Below are positions 10,061 through 19,050 of a stretch of 48,297 nt of DNA, piece after piece (position 1 is the first letter of the stretch; the number at the start of each line of letters is the position of its first letter). The notes under the pieces are model-generated. The model was not told the origin of the DNA and searched no databases. It saw nothing but the letters and a program-made list of their open reading frames with translations. Position numbers and translations under genes: made by a program. The stretch comes from Promethearchaeia archaeon (GTDB lineage Archaea; Asgardarchaeota; Lokiarchaeia; Sigyniarchaeales; SOKP01): positions 1 through 48,297 of the forward strand of contig JAHQWJ010000032.1 of NCBI GenBank assembly GCA_029856125.1, read 5' to 3'.

Positions 10061-10804
10061 ATTGTTTCTAAAAATGAAAAAGAAAAAAAGGATTATTATT
10101 CGGGTAAGAAAAGAATATCTGTCTATATTTCAGACGAAGTAGAAAAAGAATGGCAGGATTTTATAAAAAAAAATAAGATATCATCAATTTCTAAATTAAT
10201 TAGAGAAGGTATAAATTATTATATCGAAGAAAAATCGAACTTGATTAGCCGAGATTTATCTGTTTTTACTCATTCCTTAAAAGAAAGATTTACGATAATT
10301 AAAGGAAATCTGCAGTTAATTATAGAAAAATATCAAAAGGAGCTCAATAATGATGTCCTAGTAATTATAAATCATTTGCTAGACGAAATTAAGCATTTCG
10401 AAGAGAGATTTATTTTCAGATTAGAAAAACATGATGAGGCAACTGCTGATTATGATATTTTATTGATTGAAGATGATTTGTCTACTATTGAATTAATAAC
10501 CAATATTTTTGAAGCAAAAGGGTATACCAGCAAAGGTGTCATAACAGGTGCCAAAGGATTGGAAGAGTTGAACTTCAACCCTCCCAAATTAATTTTACTG
10601 GATATAATTTTACCTGATGTTAGCGGGTTTACGATCTGTAAAAAAATAAAAACAAATGAAAAATTCCGAGATATACCTGTCATCTATTTAACCGCTGTTC
10701 CAAAGAATCAAGTAAATGAGAAAATGAAAGAAACTAAAGCTGATGGATACATATTAAAACCCTTTGATCTTGCTGACTTTGAATTCGTGTTTCAATATCT
10801 ATAA
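10061..10804 (+). CDS. Response regulator: RHH DNA-binding domain, HisKA-like helix and receiver domain (ORF track starts it at TTG 10241)
   Basis: Receiver motifs ILLIEDD, LILLDIILPDVSG and KPF. The frame is open upstream to TGA 10055-10057 and encodes KRISVYISDEVEKEWQDFIKKNKISSISKLIREGINYYIE (RHH-like). SD AGGTGA 10052-10057. Start codon uncertain. Confidence 0.75.
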   Translation: MVSKNEKEKKDYYSGKKRISVYISDEVEKEWQDFIKKNKISSISKLIREGINYYIEEKSNLISRDLSVFTHSLKERFTIIKGNLQLIIEKYQKELNNDVLVIINHLLDEIKHFEERFIFRLEKHDEATADYDILLIEDDLSTIELITNIFEAKGYTSKGVITGAKGLEELNFNPPKLILLDIILPDVSGFTICKKIKTNEKFRDIPVIYLTAVPKNQVNEKMKETKADGYILKPFDLADFEFVFQYL

Positions 10805-10901
10805 AATTTCCTTAACTGTGTTATTTCATTTTGTTATCGGCAAACTAAACTAGAACGTCGAACCTTTGATTCTCCCCTCTGATTTTAAATCTTTCGCCAT
10901 T

Positions 10902-12440
10902 TTAGAATATTTGATTTAAGCAACTAATAACTTGTTTTTCTTCTAAAGCTAAGTAATTTTGTTTCATTACAGAGACATAGAATTTGCGATCCTTAGGGTT
11001 AAAATACCTATATCCAAACTTATTCCAAGTTGCCCCTCTATTTAATGGTGCTATTAATGTTAATTGGTTTTTTAGAATTGTAGTCAAGAAAATTGGAATT
11101 TCTTCGTTACTCGTGCGTTTTAAGACGTTCAATAATACATCTTCACTAATTTCACTCCAAGAATCTTTGAATTGTAAGCAGAAACGTTTAATATCGATCT
11201 TATTAGTAACAAGTAATTCAGCTATTGCTTTAATCGCTACATCATTAGGATTTAGTTCTTGATTTAAAGCATTAGATAGAAGTACGCTTGGCAAAGGAGA
11301 AGGAAAATCTTTTTTTTGTGGTAAGGAATATTCAGGTAAAAGCTTGAGCTGATTTAAGCCCATAATATTTCTAACATCACTAATAGTTCCCCCAGTATCA
11401 AAAAATCGTTTATTAATAATATATTTTATAAGCTTTTGAGCGTGAATATCTCCAAAATAGGGGTAATCTGAAGCATAAAGGAGGTATTCCGACCAATCTC
11501 GGTTATCCACTCTTTTCTTATCTTGTGACTTGAACCATTTTCGGAAATCCTCAAAGAAATTCCCAGCTCCCTCACCATGAAGCATAGATAAGTCTGCATA
11601 GGTATTGGGTTGAACTAAAGCGTTATATACTTCATAATCACCAATATTCCCTTGAGCAAAATGAGCGATAATTACTTTAAAATGAGGTAATAAGGCTGGA
11701 TTTTGTTGACTTATAACTGAACGCGTTGATTTAATTAATTCTGCGATGTCTAGAATGGAACCTCTCCCCCGAGTATCAAAAATCACGGGTAAAGAATGCT
11801 TAGCAGCCTCAACTAAAACGTTTAAAGGTTTTCCTGATTTGATATCATCAATCCATCTTTCAGAACGAGGGTGGAGCTTTAATCCTCGGAGTCCTAATTC
11901 TTGTCGAGCGTAACCTACTTCGTTTACTGCTTTTTCTCCTTCCATTGGATCGCAACGCGCGTACCCAATCAATTTCATGGAAAAAGGAAAGCGAGTAGTA
12001 AATCGAGAAACATTGATATTACTGGCTCGATATCGAGCTTCTGGATGTTTATCCCTAAAGACATCCTGAAAAGGAAAAACAACACCTTGGTCGATAAAAG
12101 AATAAAATTTCGATTTTACTTTTAAGTCAGAATGTCTTTTCCCTAACGATTCTAAAGCAATATAAAGATTATCTGTAAAGGGGTATTGATTGAACTCCCA
12201 TCTAATCTTTGCGTGTTTCCCATCTAATTTTGTTGAAAACGATTGTTCTCCCGTAGTATCCCAATCGGTCTTTATTCGACCCTGAACATTGCCCCAAAAA
12301 TCGAATGTTCCCGTGCCCGGCGCTAAAGGATTCATCATGGTTGCTCCGTCGACATCTTCTCCTAAGTGTGAATGAGAATCGATTACAAATATATTTTCCG
12401 CTCGAGTTTTTCCATCTTGCTCAATTATCGCAGTTAGCAT
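10902..12440 (-). CDS. Amidohydrolase family (amidohydro_2) metallohydrolase with C-terminal extension
   Basis: IDSHSHLG, LRGLKLHP, IIAHF and YASDYP motifs. Confidence 0.85.
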   Translation of the reverse strand: MLTAIIEQDGKTRAENIFVIDSHSHLGEDVDGATMMNPLAPGTGTFDFWGNVQGRIKTDWDTTGEQSFSTKLDGKHAKIRWEFNQYPFTDNLYIALESLGKRHSDLKVKSKFYSFIDQGVVFPFQDVFRDKHPEARYRASNINVSRFTTRFPFSMKLIGYARCDPMEGEKAVNEVGYARQELGLRGLKLHPRSERWIDDIKSGKPLNVLVEAAKHSLPVIFDTRGRGSILDIAELIKSTRSVISQQNPALLPHFKVIIAHFAQGNIGDYEVYNALVQPNTYADLSMLHGEGAGNFFEDFRKWFKSQDKKRVDNRDWSEYLLYASDYPYFGDIHAQKLIKYIINKRFFDTGGTISDVRNIMGLNQLKLLPEYSLPQKKDFPSPLPSVLLSNALNQELNPNDVAIKAIAELLVTNKIDIKRFCLQFKDSWSEISEDVLLNVLKRTSNEEIPIFLTTILKNQLTLIAPLNRGATWNKFGYRYFNPKDRKFYVSVMKQNYLALEEKQVISCLNQIF

Positions 12441-12482
12441 AGTATTTCATATCAACTTTTTTTTTTATTTTTTTGGTAAAAG

Positions 12483-14171
12483 TTATTCTCTCATTTCTTT
12501 TGGAAGCGATAAAACTCCTGTTAATGGGTTATTTAATGGGTCTTGACAATATTCAATCGTGAAGTAAATTAAATCGTTTAAAATATTAGGATTTTCGTTA
12601 TTATCTAACTTATACTGATAGAGGCTTAACTGATATTCTGCTTCAGTTATTGGAGGTTCAGCATAGCTTACATTTCCAAAAACTGACTGAAGGATAGGTT
12701 TCAGAAACGGAGAATAGAGAAAACCAAGTTCTTTTAGGACATCCTTCAAATAGAAAAACATTCTTTGGCAAGCTTGCATCATGTATCTAACTGGTTGGTT
12801 TTCAGGACCCAGATATTGCTCAGCAAATTCAGGATCATACTGTGCGAGGTGCTCTCGCGTAAGGTTCTGGGGGCGAAATAGGGAAATTAATCCTCGTTCA
12901 ATTGCTGTTTTTCTGTTATAAGCTATTGTCTCACTTCCCGCATCTGGTATCCAAACTTCTTGTTCTAACAACTTTCGAGCCTTATAGCACATAGCTTGCA
13001 AAATAAGAGCTATCCCAATTCTTCGGCATATTGATATTTGCGCGTCTGATATACGAATCTCTATCGTGTTCCAATCTGTGTAGGGAAAAACATCTTGGAA
13101 TCGTCCATCTTCCAGGCTTGCTTTTTGGATAACTTGAAGGAAATAATTCATTGTATCTTCGTCGTATGATGTGATATAAGGAATATAGTGCTTAGGGTCG
13201 TTGTTACTCAACATTGTGGTATTATTTTTTAACCTTAAAGAGCGAACGCAGTTAGGAGCGGTAATTCTATTGTTAACTATTTTAACAACATCTGTTGGTT
13301 GGTTATTTAGAATAGGTGAATTACAAGTAAGGGCAATAATGTGTGGAATAAAATTCCTTATCATACAATAAGCTTGGACTTTTTCTAAATCTGTTTTGAA
13401 CGATCCAATGTGGCTGTGATCCGCCTGAGTCAGTCCCCGCATATATTCTTTAGCAGCGGGATTTATGGCAGAGGCAATTATATGTAAATCGTTAGGCAAG
13501 GTTGTTTTGGCCAATAAAAATAATGTGCTTGCCCAGTAAGCTAGTTCTTCAGCATATTCGCATGGGGGTGTTACCAGCTCTAGTATATAAGTCACAGCAG
13601 TTACATTCCCGTCTCGAGCAAATGTATCTATATCTACTTCAGCTCCATTGGGTAATTGATATTTAATATCCATAGCAAATCCTTTTTCTATGTCGTCTCT
13701 ACCCCAAGGGCGAGCCAGTACTTTTTGCCTTATATAGTCAGGAACAGGTAAGAAATCCTCTCGGCCTTCATATAAAATTTGATCCATGATCCTAATTGCG
13801 TCTTTCACGATTTCTTTCATTCGGAAAACCATCTCATCTCCAGGTGGATATTCACCCGCGTCATTTGCTATAATGAGTTCCATTTCTATACCATGAGTAA
13901 ATGGAAGAGGAGTCCAATGTTCTATATCTGCTAAAATCTCTCCCCATGACCTTTCTGGAATCAACACTTCTCTATAATCAGTTCCAAGAAATAATTGATC
14001 AGTAGATCTATCTATAGAGTTGCCTAGACTCACTCCAAAAGGAAGTTCACCAACAGAAGTCGCTTTAGATTTATGCTTTTTTCCAGAATCTTGACCCATC
14101 ATTTGAGAGAAATTATTATTATTTCCATCGCTAGATCCTTTCTTCTTCTTCTTTTTCTTATCTTTTGCCAT
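12483..14171 (-). CDS. Glutamate-cysteine ligase family 2 (GCS2/YbdK-like carboxylate-amine ligase)
   Basis: HGIEMEL, LELVTPP, HSHIG, NSP and TIEIRISD motifs. Confidence 0.8.
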   Translation of the reverse strand: MAKDKKKKKKKGSSDGNNNNFSQMMGQDSGKKHKSKATSVGELPFGVSLGNSIDRSTDQLFLGTDYREVLIPERSWGEILADIEHWTPLPFTHGIEMELIIANDAGEYPPGDEMVFRMKEIVKDAIRIMDQILYEGREDFLPVPDYIRQKVLARPWGRDDIEKGFAMDIKYQLPNGAEVDIDTFARDGNVTAVTYILELVTPPCEYAEELAYWASTLFLLAKTTLPNDLHIIASAINPAAKEYMRGLTQADHSHIGSFKTDLEKVQAYCMIRNFIPHIIALTCNSPILNNQPTDVVKIVNNRITAPNCVRSLRLKNNTTMLSNNDPKHYIPYITSYDEDTMNYFLQVIQKASLEDGRFQDVFPYTDWNTIEIRISDAQISICRRIGIALILQAMCYKARKLLEQEVWIPDAGSETIAYNRKTAIERGLISLFRPQNLTREHLAQYDPEFAEQYLGPENQPVRYMMQACQRMFFYLKDVLKELGFLYSPFLKPILQSVFGNVSYAEPPITEAEYQLSLYQYKLDNNENPNILNDLIYFTIEYCQDPLNNPLTGVLSLPKEMRE

Positions 14172-14199
14172 AAATTAGGTCACATTTTCTATAATTAAA

Positions 14200-16086
14200 T
14201 TAAGTTAATGATTGAATTAAATTTTTAAATATATTATAATCGTTGATAAATTCATAGGAAAGCACCAAATTAACTATTTTAAAGTGGTTTCCGTAAAAAA
14301 TACTTGTTAAGGTATCAACCGTTTTTCCACCCTTAAAGAGATCATCGTCTATTATCACATTAACGCTATCTTTAAGATTACTTATTATCTTCGATTTAAT
14401 ACCATTCAAATCTTCTGAAATGGACGATAATATAACAGTGGGTTTTCCTAAATACGGTATGAAGTCTAAATTAAAAATTCTTACTTGATTTGTTATTCTT
14501 TCAGGTTGAACAAATCTTTTTAATGTATGTTGAATGATCCTTACTTCCTCTTCGTCGTGATCGCTTATAGAAGGATAGATATAATAAGCAATGGATTTAT
14601 CGGAATTGTACGCTAACTCCGAGTAAACTCTATCGATTAAAGGGAAAATACTAAAATCATAACTGAATAAAGAAATGAGGGCGATATTAAAATTAAAATT
14701 GCCTGCAAGGGCGTTATTACTTACATTTCCTCCAACGAGAGAAAAAGTTTCTATCTCATTTGATATTTTAGATGTATATGTATTCATTACATAGAATTGA
14801 GAAAATTGTCCAATAGGTTCTACTTTAGATTTTTTTTCTTCAACAATCTCATAGAGTTCATTGAAAAGATCCTTTGTGATGTTTTCTCTAAGCTCTTCTG
14901 AGCTTATGTCTCCGATTAGGCTATCCGCTGTTTCCGGACAATCTAATTCAGCCAATAAACAAATGGTTTCTTTAAAATATCCGTAAGCAGGATTGTTATA
15001 TTTGCGTTCTGATAATATTATCTTATTTGAGTTTAGAATAATCTGAATGATTTGTTTTAATATGGCGAGAATCAAGTCGTCCTTCTTTTCTTCATGGATC
15101 TTTTTTATAATATTGAATAAAACTTTGATTTTAAGAATCTCATCTTCAATTTGCTCTACAAGCTTAAGAGCGATAGATGTTTCTTTTTTAAGAGAAGAAT
15201 AAAGCATATCGAGTACTATTTTTTCCCTTACCGTTGGCTCTTCAATTAGGGAGAGAATATTGGGAATTTTATCTGGATTAACATTAATATGATCAAAGGC
15301 TATGTTTTTTATTATCTGATTTTTTTTTTTAAAATCTTTTAAATTTTCAATTATCTCTAAGCTCTCATCCAAATTTCTAGAAGCGTTAGCCCTAATTAGG
15401 GCATCGTGTAGTTCTATCCTTTCTTTCTCCACAGAAATCTTTAGTGCAGTTTCAAGAGCTTTTACAAATTCACCATTAGAAATATAAGATTTTGCAAGCA
15501 TTTTAAGCTTGTCATCAATTTTCCCGCGAACTAATTGAGCATTGGGTCTTAGCAGGCCACTACTGGAGGATGAATCGTTGGGTTGTTGTTCAACAGCTAT
15601 TTTAAATAACTCTTTAAGTTGGTTCTCAACATTCTTAGTGTTATTTTTAATAGATGGAGAAATATAATCGTTGATATTAAATATATCACTTTCAATGGGT
15701 TGAAGAAATTGTTTATTCTTCAAAATTGAGTTGATTTTGCTCGTAGAGATAGTTTTTCTTATATGTTGAGCCTTCTCGACATACTCTACTAGTTTCATCC
15801 AATATGCATTGATTGTCAGTTTCCCAAAACCGTCTCTTACAGGCGTTAACATTAAATTTATCGTTTTAGCTTCGCTCGGAGCAAATTTAACCTCGTCTTT
15901 AAATTCGCTTGGTTTGACATCGATCTCGAGATTTTCGCCCTCAAAAACGAACTTAAAGTGTTCGTCTTTGTTAGATTGATTAACGATTTCAAGGGAAATA
16001 GGATTTTCAACATCAGGTAGTAATAGATTTTGAGGGAATTTTTTCACGCTTATCGAAATAATGTGATCGGGTTCCTGAGTAGACAT
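14200..16086 (-). CDS. Hypothetical protein: N-terminal Ig-like beta domain, helical-repeat middle, alpha/beta C-terminus
   Basis: 628-aa ORF co-oriented with, and 28 nt from, the GCS2 gene; domain calls are from sequence pattern only. Confidence 0.6.
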   Translation of the reverse strand: MSTQEPDHIISISVKKFPQNLLLPDVENPISLEIVNQSNKDEHFKFVFEGENLEIDVKPSEFKDEVKFAPSEAKTINLMLTPVRDGFGKLTINAYWMKLVEYVEKAQHIRKTISTSKINSILKNKQFLQPIESDIFNINDYISPSIKNNTKNVENQLKELFKIAVEQQPNDSSSSSGLLRPNAQLVRGKIDDKLKMLAKSYISNGEFVKALETALKISVEKERIELHDALIRANASRNLDESLEIIENLKDFKKKNQIIKNIAFDHINVNPDKIPNILSLIEEPTVREKIVLDMLYSSLKKETSIALKLVEQIEDEILKIKVLFNIIKKIHEEKKDDLILAILKQIIQIILNSNKIILSERKYNNPAYGYFKETICLLAELDCPETADSLIGDISSEELRENITKDLFNELYEIVEEKKSKVEPIGQFSQFYVMNTYTSKISNEIETFSLVGGNVSNNALAGNFNFNIALISLFSYDFSIFPLIDRVYSELAYNSDKSIAYYIYPSISDHDEEEVRIIQHTLKRFVQPERITNQVRIFNLDFIPYLGKPTVILSSISEDLNGIKSKIISNLKDSVNVIIDDDLFKGGKTVDTLTSIFYGNHFKIVNLVLSYEFINDYNIFKNLIQSLT

Positions 16087-16245
16087 AATTGAAAGGATAT
16101 GTTGTATTAATGTTATAATAAATTTCGCAAAACTGATATTTTTTACGGTTTAATTGGAATGTCAATGAAGTGATGAACTGCTTCATTATCTTAATACCAT
16201 CAATATAAAACTTATTGATTTTAAATATTTACTAAAGAAAAAAGA

Positions 16246-17001
16246 TTACTTCCCCTTTCTTCTAACTCTATTACAAAAATCTTTTATATCTTCTATAACC
16301 ATCTCCTTCGTATAATCAGGCCATAAATCTGCTCTAAACTTGAATTCTGCATAAGATGCGTCCCATAATAAAAATCCCGAAATTCTTGCACCATCGTCCA
16401 TTCCCGTTCGTATGATATAATCTACTTCAGGAAAATTTCTAGTATAAAGGTGGTTTTTAATCATTTCTTTATTAATATCTTCTTCCTTTACGCCATTCTT
16501 AATAATATTTTTTACTGCGTCTACGATCTCTTCTTGTCCATCGTACATTATGCATAAATTAATGAAATTTTTATCGTTATCTTTTGTAAAATCAATCAAC
16601 TCTTTAATTTTATTTCTAACTTCGTCTGGTAATAAATGAATACGCCCGATTACGTTAAAGTTGACTTTTTCTTCTTTAACAGTCGCCTCTTTTACGACCG
16701 CATCAACAGCATCCAAAATAATTCCAAAAATATACTTAATCTCCACTTCGCTTCTTTTTCTTAAGTTCTCAAGTGACAAAGCGTAGATGCTTAAATAATG
16801 TATACCTGCTTCAAAAAAATCAAAAAGCCTCTCTTTTAAATTTTGGTACCCAATAAGATGACCAACATTAGTCCCAAGCAGGTTTTTTACTGCCCAACGG
16901 CGGTTTCCGTTTAAAAGTAGAAAATACTTCTAATTTCCGTCCAAAATTAAACCAACATGTTTGGGCAATTTTTTTTCTGCTATTCCTTTTAATTCTTCCA
17001 A
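16246..17001 (-). CDS. uppS: cis-prenyltransferase (UppS family), interrupted by a 30-nt insert at 16905-16934
   Basis: From TTG 17001: ...LPKHVGLILDGN*KYFLLLNGNRRWA...GHLIG...SIYALSLENL...DYIIRTG...RISGFLLW...YAEF...LWPD. Removing 30 nt gives HVGLILDGNRRWA and a 241-aa protein. Confidence 0.9.
16905..16934 (-). other. Candidate bulge-helix-bulge intron (or hairpin insertion with 7-bp duplication) in uppS
   Basis: Minus strand: UGG ACGG AA^A UUAGAAGUA UUUUC UACUUUUAA ACGG AA^A CCG. 9-bp hairpin, in-frame UAG at 16930-16932, direct repeat ACGGAAA at 16934-16940 and 16904-16910. Confidence 0.6.
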
Positions 17002-17402
17002 AATGTCATAACTCTTAAAGAGATTTTTACGATGAAGACTGATTATATATTTATAATTATTGTGAATCCCATATTATAATTTTGATTTCTATGTAGAATT
17101 GTCAGTATATTAGGTATCTTTCTTATAATCTGTTTTTACGAATAATAATTAGAAATTTTAAGAGGAGAAATACTATAAAAATCTATTCTAAAAGCTGAAC
17201 CATATTAATCCGAGTATGAACTGTTGAAAGTAGTAAACAAAGAGGAATTTTTAAATAAACACCTACTTTTCATCAATAATATTTAACTAGAAAAATGTTT
17301 AACTAAATAGTTGAAAAAAAAAATTATAAATACCAACGGTTAAACTTTAATTGGTTAACAGTTTACACCAATAGAATATTTTTTGATTAGGAGAGCGTTT
17401 GT

Positions 17403-19031
17403 ATGATTAACAACGAGTATTTATTTAGCAATATAGGTATTGATAGCGTAGGTTTTCACACACCGAGAGCCTATATTAAATTAGATGACTTAGCACATAA
17501 GCGGAAAATAGATCCAAATAAATTTAAGAAGGGTTTAATGGCTCACGAGATGAGAGTTCCAGAAGTTAACGAAGATATCATCTCTTTAGGTCTGAAAGCA
17601 GGATATCAAGCTTTAACAAAAGGTGGTATCGATCCTAAAAGTATAGACGCATTGTTCGTAGGAACAGAAACGATTACTTACGCTGTAAAGAGTGTTTCTA
17701 ATATTTTTGCTGAATTGTTAGAGATATCTCCGAACTCCATTACGCAAGATACCTACAACGCTTGTGCGGGTGGTACACTAGCCCTCCTCAATGCTGTTGC
17801 ATTAGTCGAAAAAGACATAATAAAAAAAGCGCTTGTCATAAGCGCGGACATATCATCCTATCACCTGGGCTCTCCAAGCGAGGCAACTCAAGGTTCAGGA
17901 GCGGTTGCTTTAGTAATTTCAAAGAACCCTAGGGTTGCGTCTTTCAGTGAGAAGTTCGGTAAAGTATCGGGAAATGTTGATGATTTTTATCGCGCAGCTA
18001 ACGAAACAGAAGCTAAGGTTTTTGGTCACTATTCAGTAAAAACATATCTAGATTTCCAATTAAAGGCTTACGACGATTTGATAAGTAATATTGGCGACTT
18101 CCACGCAGATTATTATACTTTTCACGCCCCTTTCTCAAAGTTACCTATTAAAATCATGCAAGAGATAATACAAAAGCGATGGATAAGACACATCACTGAC
18201 CTTCCCAAATTAGAGAAAAACCAAATAAAATCCTCAATTCTTAAAAAACTCGATGCTTTTATGCACGACATTACTGTATTACCCGAGTGGTTATATTTGA
18301 AACTAAAAGAAAGAGGGTATTCTTCAGAAACATTAGAAAGCCTCTCGCATAAACTTATAGGTAATTTCACATCGAAAGTTCTTCCCCAATTAAGAGTCCC
18401 TTCCCATTTTGGAAATATGTATAATGCTTCAATTTGGGCTCAGATTATTTTTATATTAGAAAATTACGCTCGAATTAACGACACGATATATTTCGGTTCT
18501 TATGGTTCTGGTGCTACATGTATTTCTGGTTTGTTAAAAGTTAACAACAGATTTAAAACTATTGTGAATAAAGGCCCTCAAATAAGCGATTTTATCAAGA
18601 TTAAAGAGTTAAAAACCATCCAGGAGTATGAGAAGATAAAATCAGGTGAATTCTCACCGAAAACAGTTCTAGGCAAAATAGTCGAGCACGAAAAAAATAA
18701 CAACCGAGGTTTTACGCTTCATTTCTGCGACGAAGGATGCATACTTCCTAATATTGAAGGCTTAAACCATTGTCCAAAAGGTCATTCGGGCTTCCACGAA
18801 AAGTTTTTTCCATTGTATGCGGTGCTAAAGTCAGAACCTATAGCAAATCCTAACGAGAACAACCTAAACTACCTTTATAACGGATTTGTGAGGATTGCGG
18901 GAGATGTAAAACCAGGTTCTTGCTTAGAATACGAGATCAGGCGGCTTGTGAATAAAGATGAAACCAACTTCAACGCGATTGGGTTGTTAAATTGGAGCCC
19001 AATGTACTACGAAACCCAGAACATTTTTTAA
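17403..19031 (+). CDS. mvaS: HMG-CoA synthase with C-terminal DUF35-like (Zn-ribbon/OB) extension
   Basis: VGTET, NACAGGT (catalytic Cys), EATQGSGAVA, FHAPF, GNMYNAS, SYGSG; extra C-terminal domain with CDEGC...CPKGH. Confidence 0.9.
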   Translation: MINNEYLFSNIGIDSVGFHTPRAYIKLDDLAHKRKIDPNKFKKGLMAHEMRVPEVNEDIISLGLKAGYQALTKGGIDPKSIDALFVGTETITYAVKSVSNIFAELLEISPNSITQDTYNACAGGTLALLNAVALVEKDIIKKALVISADISSYHLGSPSEATQGSGAVALVISKNPRVASFSEKFGKVSGNVDDFYRAANETEAKVFGHYSVKTYLDFQLKAYDDLISNIGDFHADYYTFHAPFSKLPIKIMQEIIQKRWIRHITDLPKLEKNQIKSSILKKLDAFMHDITVLPEWLYLKLKERGYSSETLESLSHKLIGNFTSKVLPQLRVPSHFGNMYNASIWAQIIFILENYARINDTIYFGSYGSGATCISGLLKVNNRFKTIVNKGPQISDFIKIKELKTIQEYEKIKSGEFSPKTVLGKIVEHEKNNNRGFTLHFCDEGCILPNIEGLNHCPKGHSGFHEKFFPLYAVLKSEPIANPNENNLNYLYNGFVRIAGDVKPGSCLEYEIRRLVNKDETNFNAIGLLNWSPMYYETQNIF

Positions 19032-19050
19032 TATTGGAGGGAACAAAAAA

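Noticed and set aside
16246-16779. 177-aa ORF-track call as the complete uppS
   Set aside because: It lacks the catalytic N-terminus, which is present in frame upstream.
16930-16932. Pyrrolysine or amber readthrough of the TAG in uppS
   Set aside because: Readthrough would leave 10 extra residues inside the catalytic DGNRRW motif; precise removal of 30 nt explains the sequence better.
17290-17370. Imperfect GGTTAA/TTAAC palindromes upstream of HMG-CoA synthase as an operator
   Set aside because: Too degenerate in AT-rich DNA to support without comparative data.
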